Shown here: one piece after another, positions 20,724-31,736 of the stretch | Numbering within the stretch: the stretch's first letter is position 1 | How the letters are laid out: the number at the start of each line of letters is the position of its first letter | Assembly: GCF_000091665.1 (NCBI RefSeq) | Contig: NC_000909.1 | Coordinates: 1,116,629 to 1,148,628, forward strand | Source: Methanocaldococcus jannaschii DSM 2661 | Lineage (GTDB): Archaea > AGJL01 > Methanococci > Methanococcales > Methanocaldococcaceae | Direction: 5' to 3' | Length of the DNA stretch: 32,000 bases | Notes under the pieces: generated by a model | Databases searched by the model: none | The model's input: only the letters and a program-made list of their open reading frames with translations | Told to the model about the DNA's origin: nothing | Translations under genes and position numbers: made by a program

Positions 20724-22280
20724 TCATTTTTCTCTTTTTGCCAAGATTTTGTTGATTCCATCTATAACTGCCTCAACTGAAGCCCTAACTATATCTTCAC
20801 TTGCTGCCTTTGTTGTTATCTCCCTTCCATATCCTTCTAAGGTTACAATAACCTCCGCCAATGCATCAGTTCCTCCAGTTATGGCATTTATATGATACTC
20901 TTTAAGTTTAATCTTCTCTCCAATGGCTTTTTGTATTGCCTTAACTGCCGCATCTACTGGTCCAACACCAATAGCTGAGCTCTTCTTAATCTCTTCTTCA
21001 ATCTTTAAAGCAACTGATGCAGTTGGAATAACTCTATTACCTGTCATAACCGCTATTTGCTCCAACTCAACAACTCTATCTTTTTTAGCCAACTTACCAA
21101 CAACATCCTCAACTATTGCCTCAACATCTCTGTCAGTGACTCTCTTTCCTTTATCTCCAAGAGCTTTAATTCTCTTAACTATCTCATCAAATTGATCTTT
21201 ATTTATATCCTTACCAACCTCAATTCCTAATTCTTTTAACTTTGCCTCAATTGCATGTGTTCCTGTGTGCTTACCTAAGATTATTTTTCTCTTCTGCCCA
21301 ACTAACTCTGGGGGTATAGGTTCATAGGTTAAAGCATGAGCTAAAACTCCATGTGCATGTATTCCACTTTCATGAGCGAAAGCGTTCTCTCCAACAATTG
21401 CCTTGTTTGGTTGGACTTTAATTTCAGTGTATTTTGATACAAGCTGAGATATCTCATAAAGTTTTTGTGTTTTTATATTAGTTTTAACTCCATAGATTGA
21501 CATTAAGCTCATAACTACCTCTTCCAATGCTGCATTTCCTCCTCTCTCTCCTAAGCCGTTTATTGTACAATGTACTTGCTCTGCTCCTGCTTCAACTGCT
21601 GCCAATGAGTTTGCAACAGCTAAACCAAAGTCGTTGTGGCAATGCACAGATATAGGGACTTTTATTTCCTTCTTTAGCTCATTTATTAGATAATACATAG
21701 CCCTTGGAATCATAACTCCAACGGTATCTGGAACGTTGATTATATCTGCTCCAGCATCTACTGCCTTTTTATAAACTTCTATTAAATAGTCAATCTCTGT
21801 TCTTGTTGCATCTTCTGCTGAAAACTCAACTCTAATCCCATGTTCTTTTATGTACTCTATGGCATCAACTGCAATATCAATAATCTCTTCCTTTGATTTT
21901 TTTAATTTATATTTTCTATGCAATGGAGAGGTTGCTATAAATGTATGGATTCTATCAACTCCGCAATCTATAGCTACATCTATATCCTTTTTTACAGCCC
22001 TTGCCAATCCGCAGATTTCAGCATCTAAGTTTAATGAGCAGATTTTTTTAATAGCCTCCTGCTCTCCTAATGATGATACTGGAAAACCAGCCTCAATAAC
22101 ATCAACTCCTAAATCATCTAATTTTATGGCTATGTCTATTTTCTCCTCTGGAGTTAAAGAGACACCTGGAGTTTGCTCTCCATCTCTGAGTGTTGTGTCA
22201 AAGATATAAACCCTATCTGGAATGTTTAAATTCTCAAGTGCCTTTTTTATAATTTCATTCTCTTCCCTATAAATTATCAT
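20724..22280 (-). CDS. leuA: 2-isopropylmalate synthase
   Basis: [65 protein letters not shown], and the C-terminal regulatory domain with GTDALAEV. Confidence 0.88.
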   Translation of the reverse strand: MIIYREENEIIKKALENLNIPDRVYIFDTTLRDGEQTPGVSLTPEEKIDIAIKLDDLGVDVIEAGFPVSSLGEQEAIKKICSLNLDAEICGLARAVKKDIDVAIDCGVDRIHTFIATSPLHRKYKLKKSKEEIIDIAVDAIEYIKEHGIRVEFSAEDATRTEIDYLIEVYKKAVDAGADIINVPDTVGVMIPRAMYYLINELKKEIKVPISVHCHNDFGLAVANSLAAVEAGAEQVHCTINGLGERGGNAALEEVVMSLMSIYGVKTNIKTQKLYEISQLVSKYTEIKVQPNKAIVGENAFAHESGIHAHGVLAHALTYEPIPPELVGQKRKIILGKHTGTHAIEAKLKELGIEVGKDINKDQFDEIVKRIKALGDKGKRVTDRDVEAIVEDVVGKLAKKDRVVELEQIAVMTGNRVIPTASVALKIEEEIKKSSAIGVGPVDAAVKAIQKAIGEKIKLKEYHINAITGGTDALAEVIVTLEGYGREITTKAASEDIVRASVEAVIDGINKILAKREK

Positions 22281-22415
22281 AATCCCACCAAAACTTTTTA
22301 ATTTTCTGTTATTTATGATGGGATGTTATAAAAATTTTACCTAATCAGATATATCATTAAAACGCTATAACTTAACCTTTCAAAATGATAGATTAAAGTT
22401 CATTTAATTCATCAA

Positions 22416-23516
22416 CTAAAGAATAATAAAGTTATAAACCCTAAATAATATCAACAATCCAGTTATCAGCATAGAGATTAATGATATAGCTTTTATTTTA
22501 CCTGAAGATTCTTTAAACACTGCCAAATATAGCAGAAAATAGGCTATTAATGTAGAAAACATACTCATATCCACCAAAGTCTTTGCATCAAAAATTAATA
22601 GGATTATAACTAATAAAGTATTTAAAATAACTCCATAGTATGGAATCTCCTTCCTTAATTTTATAAATGCCTTTGGGAATATCCTATCTTTTCCCATCCC
22701 ATAAGGCATATATGATAAAGTAAATAAAACACTAAACGCACAGCTGGAAATTATTAATAACATCCCAGCCAATAAAAATAGGTTATCTCCAATCAGTATC
22801 TTTAATATCTCATCTAAGTTGTTTGTTTTTACATTTAAAGATACTATGGTCAAGGAAAACAGGAGATACAAAACTCCAATGATAAAAGTCCCTACCAAGA
22901 GTCCATAAGCTATAGCTTTTTGATTTTTAAATGCTGACAATGGCATTGTTATACCTTCCCAACCAGTAGCAGTCCATAATCCAAAATATATTGTCAAAAT
23001 AGCATTTTTTAAATTAAACTCTCCAATGCTGTCAATTTTTATTCCATTTGAAAATACGATATATAAAATAATCGTTATCGTTAAAATTCCAAAGATTCTG
23101 ACAAAGTTTCCCACAATCCTCAACCCTCCCAATATTAAAGCTGTTAAAATAACAATCAAACATAATCCAACATAAGAAACGTTAAATTTTGTATTAAAAA
23201 CTATTTCAAAGAATGACACAACTCCAGATAGAGCAAAAACTCCAGAGAGCCATAATATATAGGCTGAAAAAACTCCAATTTCTCTCCCTAAAATTTTCAT
23301 TACAAATTTATAAACCCCTCCACTCTCACTTATTTTAGTGGAAGCATAGGCAAAAGGAGAAGCCATAATTAGAGACACAAATATTAGTAAAGCCCAACCC
23401 CATATTATAGATTTTCCAAACAGCAAATAGGTTAATGGAGATAGAACAAAAATCCCTCCACCAACAATGGACGTTATCGTTAAAAATACCGCATCTTTGA
23501 GTGTTAGATGCCCCAT
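22416..23516 (-). CDS. Amino acid permease (APC superfamily)
   Basis: 366 aa; LTLKDAVFLTITSIVGGGIFVLSPLTYLL and further transmembrane segments typical of APC transporters. Confidence 0.82.
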   Translation of the reverse strand: MGHLTLKDAVFLTITSIVGGGIFVLSPLTYLLFGKSIIWGWALLIFVSLIMASPFAYASTKISESGGVYKFVMKILGREIGVFSAYILWLSGVFALSGVVSFFEIVFNTKFNVSYVGLCLIVILTALILGGLRIVGNFVRIFGILTITIILYIVFSNGIKIDSIGEFNLKNAILTIYFGLWTATGWEGITMPLSAFKNQKAIAYGLLVGTFIIGVLYLLFSLTIVSLNVKTNNLDEILKILIGDNLFLLAGMLLIISSCAFSVLFTLSYMPYGMGKDRIFPKAFIKLRKEIPYYGVILNTLLVIILLIFDAKTLVDMSMFSTLIAYFLLYLAVFKESSGKIKAISLISMLITGLLILFRVYNFIIL

Positions 23517-23601
23517 AACTACACCCTTATAAATTGATTAAACAAAGCAAAAATATTTAATATATCTTTTTCTTTTATAATTATCTTTATCTAAAATTTA
23601 A

Positions 23602-25476
23602 TTGAGGGATAATATGAAGATGCTACTAATCCATTCTGATTACTTAGAGTTTGAAGCTAAAGAAAAAACCAAGATTGCAGAGGAAACAGAAAACTTAAAA
23701 GGTAAGTTGGATGAGTGTTTAGCCTGCTTTATTGCAGTTGAAAGAGAAGATGAAAACAATCCAGAAGGAACTGCAATAGGAGCAGTTGAAGAGATTGAGA
23801 AAGTTGCTAATCAATTAAAGGTCAATAATATTGTTGTTTATCCTTATGCACATCTATCAAGTGATTTATCCTCACCAGAAACAGCAGTTAAGGTTTTAAA
23901 AGACATTGAGAGTATTTTAAAAGAGAGAGGTTATAATGTCTTAAGAGCACCATTTGGATGGTATAAGGCATTTAAAATCAGCTGTAAAGGACATCCTTTG
24001 AGTGAGTTGTCAAGAAAGATTGTAGCTAAGGAAGAAAAGAAAGAAGAAGGAGAAGAATCAAAATTCTACTTATTAAACCCAGAAACAGAGGAAATTATTG
24101 AATTGAATGAAAACAACATAAATATAATTAAAGATGAAGAGTTGTTAGCTTTAGCTAAACATGAATTGGGAATTAGAGAGCATAAAGAACATGATGAACC
24201 TCCTCATGTAAAGTTTATTAAAGAAAAGGATATCTGCAGTTATGAGGAAGCATCAGACCCTGGACATTTCAGATGGTATCCAAAGGGCAAGTTGATGAGA
24301 GATTTGTTAGCTGATTATGTTTATAACTTAGTTGTCAATATGGGAGCTATGCCAGTAGAAACACCAATTATGTATGATTTAGGAAACCCTGCTATTAGGG
24401 AACATGCTGATAAATTTGGAGAGAGGCAGTATAGGTTTAGACAAGGAAATAAAGAGCTAATGCTAAGATTTGCAGCATGCTTTGGGCAGTTTATGATGAA
24501 AAAGGATATGTATCTATTGCCAAGATATTTGCCATTAAAACTCTATGAATTATCAACATACAGCTTTAGATATGAGCAGAGGGGGGAGTTGGTTGGTTTA
24601 AAGAGATTGAGATGCTTTACAATGCCTGATATGCATACTGTCTGCTTAAACTTAGAGCAAGCAATGGAAGAGTTTGAAAAACAGTTCTGGGAATGTTTAA
24701 AAACTGGGGATGATTTAAATCTAAGCTATTCAGTAATATTTAGATTCACAAAGGACTTCTTTGATGAGCATAGGGATTGGTTCTTTAAAATAGCAAAGGA
24801 ATATAAGAACAAATATGGGAAAGATGTAATTTTAGAGATTTTACCAAAAAGAAAACACTATTGGGTTGGTAAGGTAGATATTGCTGTAATAGACAGCTTA
24901 GGAAGACCTATTGAGAACCCAACCGTGCAAATAGATGTTGAGAGTGCTAAGAGATTTGATATAAAAGTGCATACAAATGAAGGAGAGATTTATCCAATAA
25001 TATTGCACTGCTCACCAACTGGTTCAATTGAGAGGGTTTTGTGTGGTTTGTTGGAAAAAGCTGCTATAGAGGCTGAAAAAGGAAATGCTCCAATGTTGCC
25101 TGTTTGGCTCTCTCCGATACAAGTTAGAGTTATTCCAGTGGCTGAAAGACATTATGACTATGCTTTAAAAGTAGCTGAGAAGTTGAGAGAAAACAACATT
25201 AGGGCAGATTTTGATGATAGAGAAGAAAGTGTAAGCAAAAAGATTAGAAATGCAGGAAAAGAATGGGTTCCTTACGTTGTAGTTATTGGAGATGAGGAAA
25301 TGGAATCTGACAAATTGACAGTTACTATTAGAGAAAAATCAACCTTAAAGAAACCATATAAGGAGAAGATGACATTAGATGAGTTGATTGAAAGGATTAA
25401 AAAAGAAACTGCTAACTACCCATATAGGCCTTTACCATTGCCAATAAGATGCTCATTACAGCCAAAGTTCCATTAA
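23602..25476 (+). CDS. thrS: Threonyl-tRNA synthetase, archaeal type
   Basis: 624 aa; N-terminal archaeal editing domain, class II motifs [28 protein letters not shown]-terminal anticodon-binding domain. Confidence 0.93.
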   Translation: MRDNMKMLLIHSDYLEFEAKEKTKIAEETENLKGKLDECLACFIAVEREDENNPEGTAIGAVEEIEKVANQLKVNNIVVYPYAHLSSDLSSPETAVKVLKDIESILKERGYNVLRAPFGWYKAFKISCKGHPLSELSRKIVAKEEKKEEGEESKFYLLNPETEEIIELNENNINIIKDEELLALAKHELGIREHKEHDEPPHVKFIKEKDICSYEEASDPGHFRWYPKGKLMRDLLADYVYNLVVNMGAMPVETPIMYDLGNPAIREHADKFGERQYRFRQGNKELMLRFAACFGQFMMKKDMYLLPRYLPLKLYELSTYSFRYEQRGELVGLKRLRCFTMPDMHTVCLNLEQAMEEFEKQFWECLKTGDDLNLSYSVIFRFTKDFFDEHRDWFFKIAKEYKNKYGKDVILEILPKRKHYWVGKVDIAVIDSLGRPIENPTVQIDVESAKRFDIKVHTNEGEIYPIILHCSPTGSIERVLCGLLEKAAIEAEKGNAPMLPVWLSPIQVRVIPVAERHYDYALKVAEKLRENNIRADFDDREESVSKKIRNAGKEWVPYVVVIGDEEMESDKLTVTIREKSTLKKPYKEKMTLDELIERIKKETANYPYRPLPLPIRCSLQPKFH

Positions 25477-25691
25477 AAATTTTTTATAGCTATACTAAAT
25501 ATTCTTCTTATTGTTTTTATCACATGCATGAAAAACTATATAAATAACAATTGATATTTTATTTTTAAATAACTATTTGCTGTCTATTTTCTATATAATA
25601 AATCATATAAAAATATCATCCATTATATTAACTTAAATAAATGTTAGTAATTTAAAGCCAAGGTCTTTTTTACAATTATCTGGGGGAGAAC

Positions 25692-27977
25692 ATGATAGTA
25701 AAGTGTCCAATTTGTGATGGAACAGGAAAGAAAGTAGTTAAATACAAAACATGCCCTGTATGTGAGGGAACTGGATTTATAGATGAATTTTCACCAAAGC
25801 AACACATGAAAAGAGTTTCTAAGAGAGCAACTTATGACTTAGATTATGGAGAAATTCCCTGCCCTAAATGTAAAGGGACAGGAAAAGTTCCAGTTTATGC
25901 AAAATGTGATTTTTGTGGTGGAAGTGGAAAGGTAGTTAAATGTGATAGATGCGGAGCTATAATTGGTAAATATCCTGACTTTAAAGATAGGACATTGTGT
26001 GATAAATGTCTAAAAGAAGAGGAAGAGAGAAAGAAAGGGCTTAGAAATGTATATGTGTTTGATGAATTGGCAACATTCTATGATGTTGAGCCAGGTAAAT
26101 TTTACAAAGGAGTAGTTACAAGAATTGAGAAGTATGGAGCTTTTATCAATTTAAATGAACAAGTTAGAGGGCTTTTAAGACCAAGAGACATGATAAGCTT
26201 AAGATTGGAGAATTTAAATGTTGGTGATGAAATCATAGTTCAAGCAATAGATGTAAGACCAGAAAAGAGAGAGATTGACTTTAAATACATCCCACTAACA
26301 ACCTATGATTTAGTTAAATATGAAAAAGAAGTTCCATTGTCTCAGATAAAGGACATATCCCAAAATTTAGTTGAGATGAGAGACCAGGTTGTGCATATAA
26401 GAGGAGAGGTTGTTCAGATTGTTCAGACACCAGGACCTACAGTATTCACCATAACAGATGGAACTGACTTTGCATGGGTAGCTGCTTTAGAAATAGCCGG
26501 TTTGAGAGCTCATCCGGATGTTAAAGTTGGAGACATAGTTGATGTTATTGGTAGAGTAACAATAAGGGATGGAAGATTACAGATTGAAAGGATAAAGCTT
26601 CAAAAATTGGAAGGAGATGAGGCAGAGGAAATTAGGAAAAAAATAGAGGAAGAAATTGATAGAAGGGCAGAGCCAGCTAAGGATATTCCATTCTTAGTTA
26701 AGAGTGAAGTTTTAGAGAGATTGAGACCAAAAATGGCGGATGTTGCTAAGAGAATTAGGAAGGCAGTTTTAGACGGAAGACCAATAATTATTAGACATCA
26801 TGCAGATACAGATGGTTATTGTGGAGGAATTGCTTTAGAAAAGGCAATATTACCAATAATTGATAAATTTGCCATAGACGTTGATGCAATATGGCACTTC
26901 TTTAAAAGGAGGCCGTCAAAAGCACCATTCTATGAATTAGAAGATGTAACAAAGGATTTGGTATTCTCTATAGAAGATGCCTTGAAATTTGGTCAGAAAC
27001 TACCTTTGATTGTATTGATTGATAATGGAAGTACTGATGAAGATATTCCAGCCATATCCAAAGCTAAAGCTTATGGTATAGAGGTTATTGTAATAGACCA
27101 CCACTTCCCTGGAGAGGTTGTTGATGGAAAAGTTGAGGTTGATGACTACGTAGATGCTCATGTCAATCCATACTTAGTTGGAGGAGATAGCAATTTAACC
27201 GCTGGAGTATTAGGAACTGAAATAGCGAGGATGATTAATCCAGATGTTGAGGATGAGATAAAGCATATTCCAGGAATAGCAGTTGTTGGAGACCATGCTA
27301 AAGGAGAGGAAGCGGAACAGTATGTAAAAATAGCCCTTGACAGATTGAATGAATTGAGTAAAAAATACGGTAAAGGAAGAACTTACGATAGAGAGTATTT
27401 GGAGAAAATAGCCCTATGTATGGATTTTGAGGCGTTCTACTTAAGATTCATGGATGGTAAGGGAATTGTTGATGATATATTAGCAACAAACATAAAAGAG
27501 TTTGGAAGACATGAAGAACTTATAGACATATTGTATGAGCAGGCAATGAAGATGGTTGAAAGACAGATGAAGGCAGTAATTCCAGCTTTAAAAACAGAAT
27601 TCTTAGAGAATGGAATTATATTAAATACATTAGATGTTGAGAAATATGCCCACAAATTTACCTTCCCAGCTCCAGGAAAAACAACTGGATTTGCTCATGA
27701 CTATATAGTTCAAAAATATGGTGAGGATAAGCCAATCATAACTCTCTCCTATGGCCCTGACTTTGGAGTTGTTAGAGCTACAGATGCAGTTCATGAAAAA
27801 TACAATTTCAACTTAAACTTAATAGTTGAGCAATTAATGGAGGAGATTCCTGAGGCATCTTTGGATGGAGGAGGTCATGAGTGTGCAGGTAGCTTGAAGT
27901 TTGTTGAGGGGTTAAGAGATAAAGTAATTGGTAGATTTATTGAAATCATCAAAAATATGAAGCCAAAAGAGCAATAA
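25692..27977 (+). CDS. DnaJ-type zinc finger + S1/OB-fold + DHH family phosphoesterase protein (archaeal RecJ-like)
   Basis: Repeated CxxCxGxG (CPICDGTGKK, CPVCEGTGF, CPKCKGTGK, CDFCGGSGK); an S1-like domain VEPGKFYKGVVTRIEKYGAFINL; an OB fold; DHH motifs RHHADTDGYCGG and VIDHHFPGE; DGGGHECAGSLKF. Confidence 0.87.
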   Translation: MIVKCPICDGTGKKVVKYKTCPVCEGTGFIDEFSPKQHMKRVSKRATYDLDYGEIPCPKCKGTGKVPVYAKCDFCGGSGKVVKCDRCGAIIGKYPDFKDRTLCDKCLKEEEERKKGLRNVYVFDELATFYDVEPGKFYKGVVTRIEKYGAFINLNEQVRGLLRPRDMISLRLENLNVGDEIIVQAIDVRPEKREIDFKYIPLTTYDLVKYEKEVPLSQIKDISQNLVEMRDQVVHIRGEVVQIVQTPGPTVFTITDGTDFAWVAALEIAGLRAHPDVKVGDIVDVIGRVTIRDGRLQIERIKLQKLEGDEAEEIRKKIEEEIDRRAEPAKDIPFLVKSEVLERLRPKMADVAKRIRKAVLDGRPIIIRHHADTDGYCGGIALEKAILPIIDKFAIDVDAIWHFFKRRPSKAPFYELEDVTKDLVFSIEDALKFGQKLPLIVLIDNGSTDEDIPAISKAKAYGIEVIVIDHHFPGEVVDGKVEVDDYVDAHVNPYLVGGDSNLTAGVLGTEIARMINPDVEDEIKHIPGIAVVGDHAKGEEAEQYVKIALDRLNELSKKYGKGRTYDREYLEKIALCMDFEAFYLRFMDGKGIVDDILATNIKEFGRHEELIDILYEQAMKMVERQMKAVIPALKTEFLENGIILNTLDVEKYAHKFTFPAPGKTTGFAHDYIVQKYGEDKPIITLSYGPDFGVVRATDAVHEKYNFNLNLIVEQLMEEIPEASLDGGGHECAGSLKFVEGLRDKVIGRFIEIIKNMKPKEQ

Positions 27978-27996
27978 AAAATAATAAATAATTTTT

Positions 27997-28437
27997 TTAG
28001 ATTTTTTTGCTCATCTCATATAAGAAGATAGCTAAATTACCTAAAGCTCCAATCTCATTTTCTACTATATATCTCCCTAAACCTTTCTCTAACTCTAATT
28101 TTGTGAAACCGGTTGAAGCTCCACAGAAAACAACCAAATCATTTTCTCCAACTTCATTAAAATCTACCTTCTCATCACAGATACTTTTATTTCCAATTAA
28201 AAACACTTTCTCAGGTCTTAAAACTTCTATAGCATCATCTAACTCTTCAAAGAATAAAACATTCTTTCCTAATTTGTATGCCATTTTATGTAGTGTTGGA
28301 ATTCCACTCTGAGCAGCTGATGCAGTTGCCTTTGTTACAACTATTGTGTTGATATCAAATCCATAAGCGATTCTTCCAAACTCTTCTACTTGCTTAGCAC
28401 TGTATGTGTTATGCAAACAAATAAACATTTTTCTCAC
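27997..28437 (-). CDS. Conserved archaeal protein of unknown function
   Basis: 146 aa; MFICLHNTYSAKQVEEFGRIAYGFDINTIVVTKATASAAQSGIP... Typical methanogen conserved hypothetical; DUF not assigned with certainty. Confidence 0.6.
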   Translation of the reverse strand: MRKMFICLHNTYSAKQVEEFGRIAYGFDINTIVVTKATASAAQSGIPTLHKMAYKLGKNVLFFEELDDAIEVLRPEKVFLIGNKSICDEKVDFNEVGENDLVVFCGASTGFTKLELEKGLGRYIVENEIGALGNLAIFLYEMSKKI

Positions 28438-28478
28438 CTTTTTAGTTTTTTGTATTTTTTTATTTATTTTTCATTTTT

Positions 28479-29579
28479 TTATTTTAAGTTTTCTTTAATC
28501 ACCCTGGCTATAGCTCTACTTAAAGCCACAGGAACACTTTCCCCAATCTGATTATAACAGCTTCTTATACCTCCAGCGAATAGATGGTAATCAGGATAAC
28601 TCATCAACCTTGCCTGTTCTCTTGGTGTCAATAATCTATCTTCATAAGGGTGGATAAAGAACCTCTTACCCATAACTGTCTCAGCTAATTTAAGTGGATG
28701 CAACCTTATATAATTCCCCAACCTTCTATTGGCTCCTTTGAAATAGATAAATGCATCTCCCCAACCTAATTTATGGACTCTCTTCCTAAACCTTGCAGGT
28801 AGAGCGGCGAATTCATGATTTGGGACATCTCTACCTTTATACATTAAATCTCCTATTGCCTCAATAACAGTTTTTGGCTGAGTTTTTTCTGGGTTAATTT
28901 CTATGTTTGAAACAAAAACTCTTCTTCTAACAGATGGATTTCCGTAATCTTCAGCTCTTAAAGTGTTGAAATAAACGTCCTCATAACCAATTTCTCTAAA
29001 CTCTTTTATTATTGCCCCTCTAACTTCTTTAATACCAGGAACATTTTCCATAACAAATATTTTTGGTTGTAAATCTCCAACAATCCTTATATATTCTAAA
29101 ACTAATCTTCCAGTTTCGTCTTTATACAATCTATCATAAGGATTTTTCTCTCTCTTTGGATTAGCTCCTGTATAACCTTCACAGGGAGGACCGCCAATAA
29201 TAACATCTACTTTTTTATTTTTGATGAACTTTTCTATCTCAATTGCATGAATTTCTCTAATATCATCATTAATAACAACAGGACTTAATTTTTTGGTTTT
29301 TTCATTTAGTGTTCCCAGTCTTTTTAGCCACTTTATATCTTCCTCTTCAAAAGGAAATTTGAATGGGTAGATTCCAACATAGCCCTTTAATTCTTTCAAT
29401 TTGAATTCTCCAGGTCTTATTTTTTCATATATTTGACCATTAAAATTTAATGCATAAGAAAAAGCGGCATCTTCATTTAACTCTATAGCTACCAATGGCT
29501 CAAAACCCTCTTCCACGAACCCTCTTGAAAATCCCCCACATCCACAAAATAAATCAATAAATTTCAACATTATCACCAA
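28479..29579 (-). CDS. C5 cytosine DNA methyltransferase, apparently solitary
   Basis: FIDLFCGCGGFSRGF, DVIIGGPPCEGYTGANP, PKIFVMENVPG, VRRRVF, PTKVIEAIGD-like and LTPREQARLMSYPD motifs. No restriction endonuclease beside it. Confidence 0.88.
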   Translation of the reverse strand: MVIMLKFIDLFCGCGGFSRGFVEEGFEPLVAIELNEDAAFSYALNFNGQIYEKIRPGEFKLKELKGYVGIYPFKFPFEEEDIKWLKRLGTLNEKTKKLSPVVINDDIREIHAIEIEKFIKNKKVDVIIGGPPCEGYTGANPKREKNPYDRLYKDETGRLVLEYIRIVGDLQPKIFVMENVPGIKEVRGAIIKEFREIGYEDVYFNTLRAEDYGNPSVRRRVFVSNIEINPEKTQPKTVIEAIGDLMYKGRDVPNHEFAALPARFRKRVHKLGWGDAFIYFKGANRRLGNYIRLHPLKLAETVMGKRFFIHPYEDRLLTPREQARLMSYPDYHLFAGGIRSCYNQIGESVPVALSRAIARVIKENLK

Positions 29580-29648
29580 AATAAAAGGTTATTTAAAAAA
29601 TAAAATAAATTTAAAAATTTAAATTAAATACCAAAAAAGCCAAATAAC

Positions 29649-29861
29649 TTATTGTGATTCTTGAGCTTTCTTTAACTCTGCCTTCATATCTTGATAGACT
29701 TTAGTCCATTTTAATTTTCTTGGATTTCTTCCCATTCTGTAGCTTTTCTCACATTTGGATGAGCAGAAATATAATACAGTCCCATCTTTTTCTACGACCA
29801 TTTTTCCTTTTCCTGGCTCAATTTCATAACCACAAAAGCTGCATGTTCTCCATTCTGGCAT
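29649..29861 (-). CDS. rpl24e: Ribosomal protein L24e
   Basis: [49 protein letters not shown]. Confidence 0.96.
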   Translation of the reverse strand: MPEWRTCSFCGYEIEPGKGKMVVEKDGTVLYFCSSKCEKSYRMGRNPRKLKWTKVYQDMKAELKKAQESQ

Positions 29862-29918
29862 AGCTATCCCCCTTTAATAGTGTTTCAGTGATTTTAAAAT
29901 AATTTAAGATTAAATTAT

Positions 29919-30155
29919 TTATCTTCTTCTGTCTAATGGTCTTGCTTCTCTCTCTGTTTCTCTTAACATAATAATGTCTCCAACTTTAACTGGACCTTTA
30001 ACGTTTCTAACTAAAACTCTTCCAGTATCTTTTCCACCTAAGATTTTACATCTAACTTGTATAATTCCTCCAGTAACCCCTGTTCTACCAATGACTTCAA
30101 TAACTTCAGCAGCTACTGCTTCCTTATAAACAAATTCATCTTCCATCCTCATCAC
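29919..30155 (-). CDS. rps28e: Ribosomal protein S28e
   Basis: [54 protein letters not shown]. The true start may be an internal ATG (MEDEF). Confidence 0.96.
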   Translation of the reverse strand: MMRMEDEFVYKEAVAAEVIEVIGRTGVTGGIIQVRCKILGGKDTGRVLVRNVKGPVKVGDIIMLRETEREARPLDRRR

Positions 30156-30266
30156 CTAATATTAATGAAGGTTTAAAATTTATAAAAAAGTTAGTAGTAG
30201 TGTTTCATAATTTATATAATAATAACTATATACTATTGATTGATGGTTAAATAGCGTTCTAATAAT

Positions 30267-30620
30267 TTACTGCTTCAAAACATTTACCTTTTCAATTAAT
30301 ACCTTTAACTCTTCAGCATCTCCTTCGTTGATGATAGCAACTGATGATGCAGCAACTTCCAATCCAGCAGCCTTACCTAAATCCTGCTTTGAAGCTACGT
30401 AAGCGTAAGGAATTCCTTTCTCTTCACATAAGTATGGGAGGTGAGCAACAACTTCTTCTGGTTTAACATCTTCAGCAATGATAACTAATTTTGCGATACC
30501 TCTTTCAACTGCCTTTGTAACTTCGTTAGCTCCTTTTTTGATTTTTTGTGCTTTTGCAACTGCATCTAATAGCTCTTTTTGAATTTCTTCTGGAACTTTA
30601 AATTTTACATAAACTGCCAT
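30267..30620 (-). CDS. rpl7ae: Ribosomal protein L7Ae, kink-turn binding protein
   Basis: [78 protein letters not shown] at 30620 follows GGAGG; the track start at 30629 is too early. Confidence 0.96.
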
Positions 30621-30654
30621 GTCTTTCAACCTCCTTCATCTCTTTGCTAAAAAA

Positions 30655-30679
30655 TGGGCAATCCGGAGGGAATTGCCCA
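30655..30679 (-). promoter_or_regulatory. Leader hairpin of the L7Ae operon
   Basis: mRNA strand: TGGGCAAT-TCCCTCCGG-ATTGCCCA, an 8-bp perfect stem whose loop contains CCTCC, complementary to the GGAGG at 30634-30630. Confidence 0.6.
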
Positions 30680-30682
30680 CTC

Positions 30683-30780
30683 CTACAGGGCTTTTGCACT
30701 TGTTGATATTTATAAGGAATTTTGCATCTATAAGGTGCATATTTTTATATAAGAAATATTTTCCTGCAAAAGCCCTGTAG
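30683..30780. repeat. 16-bp perfect inverted repeat flanking the predicted L7Ae-operon promoter
   Basis: ctacagggcttttgca (30683-30698) and tgcaaaagccctgtag (30765-30780); a TATA-like ttatataaaaat lies in the 66-bp spacer on the minus strand. Confidence 0.75.
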
Positions 30781-30848
30781 TTATCATCGTGGCTTAGAAT
30801 AGGTATAACAACATATTGACTTTTAGTATATAAAACTTTTGGGTAAGT

Positions 30849-31715
30849 TTATAAAATCCTCTCAATAGGCACCACCAATATATCTCTCGCTCCTAAAGCA
30901 TGAAGCTTAGGAACTAAGGTAAATATCTCATCCTCATTAACAACGGCATGAATAGCTACCATATTATCGTCAGATAAAACCTTAGAAACTGTTGGACCAG
31001 CCATTCCTGGAATTAATTTTCTAATCTCTTCGACTTTATCCTTTGGGGCATTCATCATAATTAATCTTTTTGTTTCAGCAAATAAAACACTTTTTATGGC
31101 AATAACTATTTGATTTATTTTTTCTCTTTTCTCTTTATCTTTTAAGCTGTTTTTGTTTGCTATTAATCTTGTAGTTGATGAGACAATTTCATCTATAACT
31201 TTTAACCTATTCAACCTTAAAGTTGTTCCTGTAGATGTTAAATCACTAATTAAATCAGCTATTCCTATGAATGGAGCTATCTCTGTTGCTCCACTAAGTT
31301 CAATAATCTCAACTTTCTTATTTAATTTTTCAAAGTATTTTTTTGTTAGGTTTGGGAATTCTGTTGCTACTCTCATCCCTTCTTTTATATCGTCTATGCT
31401 GTTTATATTTGAGCTCTCTGGAGCGGCTAAAACCAGTTTTGCAAATCCAAAACCAAAATCTAATAGGAAATCAACTTTATCTTCAACATTTCTCTCTAAA
31501 ACTAAATCATAGCCAGTTACTCCTATATCTGCAACACCATCAGCCACAAACTCCGGAATATCTCTTGCTCTTGCAAACATTACTTTGATGTTGTCATCTA
31601 CAGTGTTAGCAAATAAACTTCTTCCCTTAACTGTAATCTTTAATCCTGCCTTCTCTAAAACTTTCATTACTGGCTCTGAAATCCTCCCTTTATTTGGTAA
31701 TGCAAACATTATCAT
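30849..31715 (-). CDS. hisG: ATP phosphoribosyltransferase, long form
   Basis: [23 protein letters not shown]...[13 protein letters not shown]...EIVDSGATEL-like region [28 protein letters not shown]. Start probably at the second Met (31709). Confidence 0.93.
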   Translation of the reverse strand: MIMFALPNKGRISEPVMKVLEKAGLKITVKGRSLFANTVDDNIKVMFARARDIPEFVADGVADIGVTGYDLVLERNVEDKVDFLLDFGFGFAKLVLAAPESSNINSIDDIKEGMRVATEFPNLTKKYFEKLNKKVEIIELSGATEIAPFIGIADLISDLTSTGTTLRLNRLKVIDEIVSSTTRLIANKNSLKDKEKREKINQIVIAIKSVLFAETKRLIMMNAPKDKVEEIRKLIPGMAGPTVSKVLSDDNMVAIHAVVNEDEIFTLVPKLHALGARDILVVPIERIL

Positions 31716-31736
31716 CTTCTCACGTAATTATTATAT

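Noticed and set aside
25477-25691. AT-rich inverted repeat (gatatttttat / ataaaaatatc) in the thrS-DHH gene intergenic region
   Set aside because: Short and nearly pure A/T in an AT-rich genome, so expected by chance.
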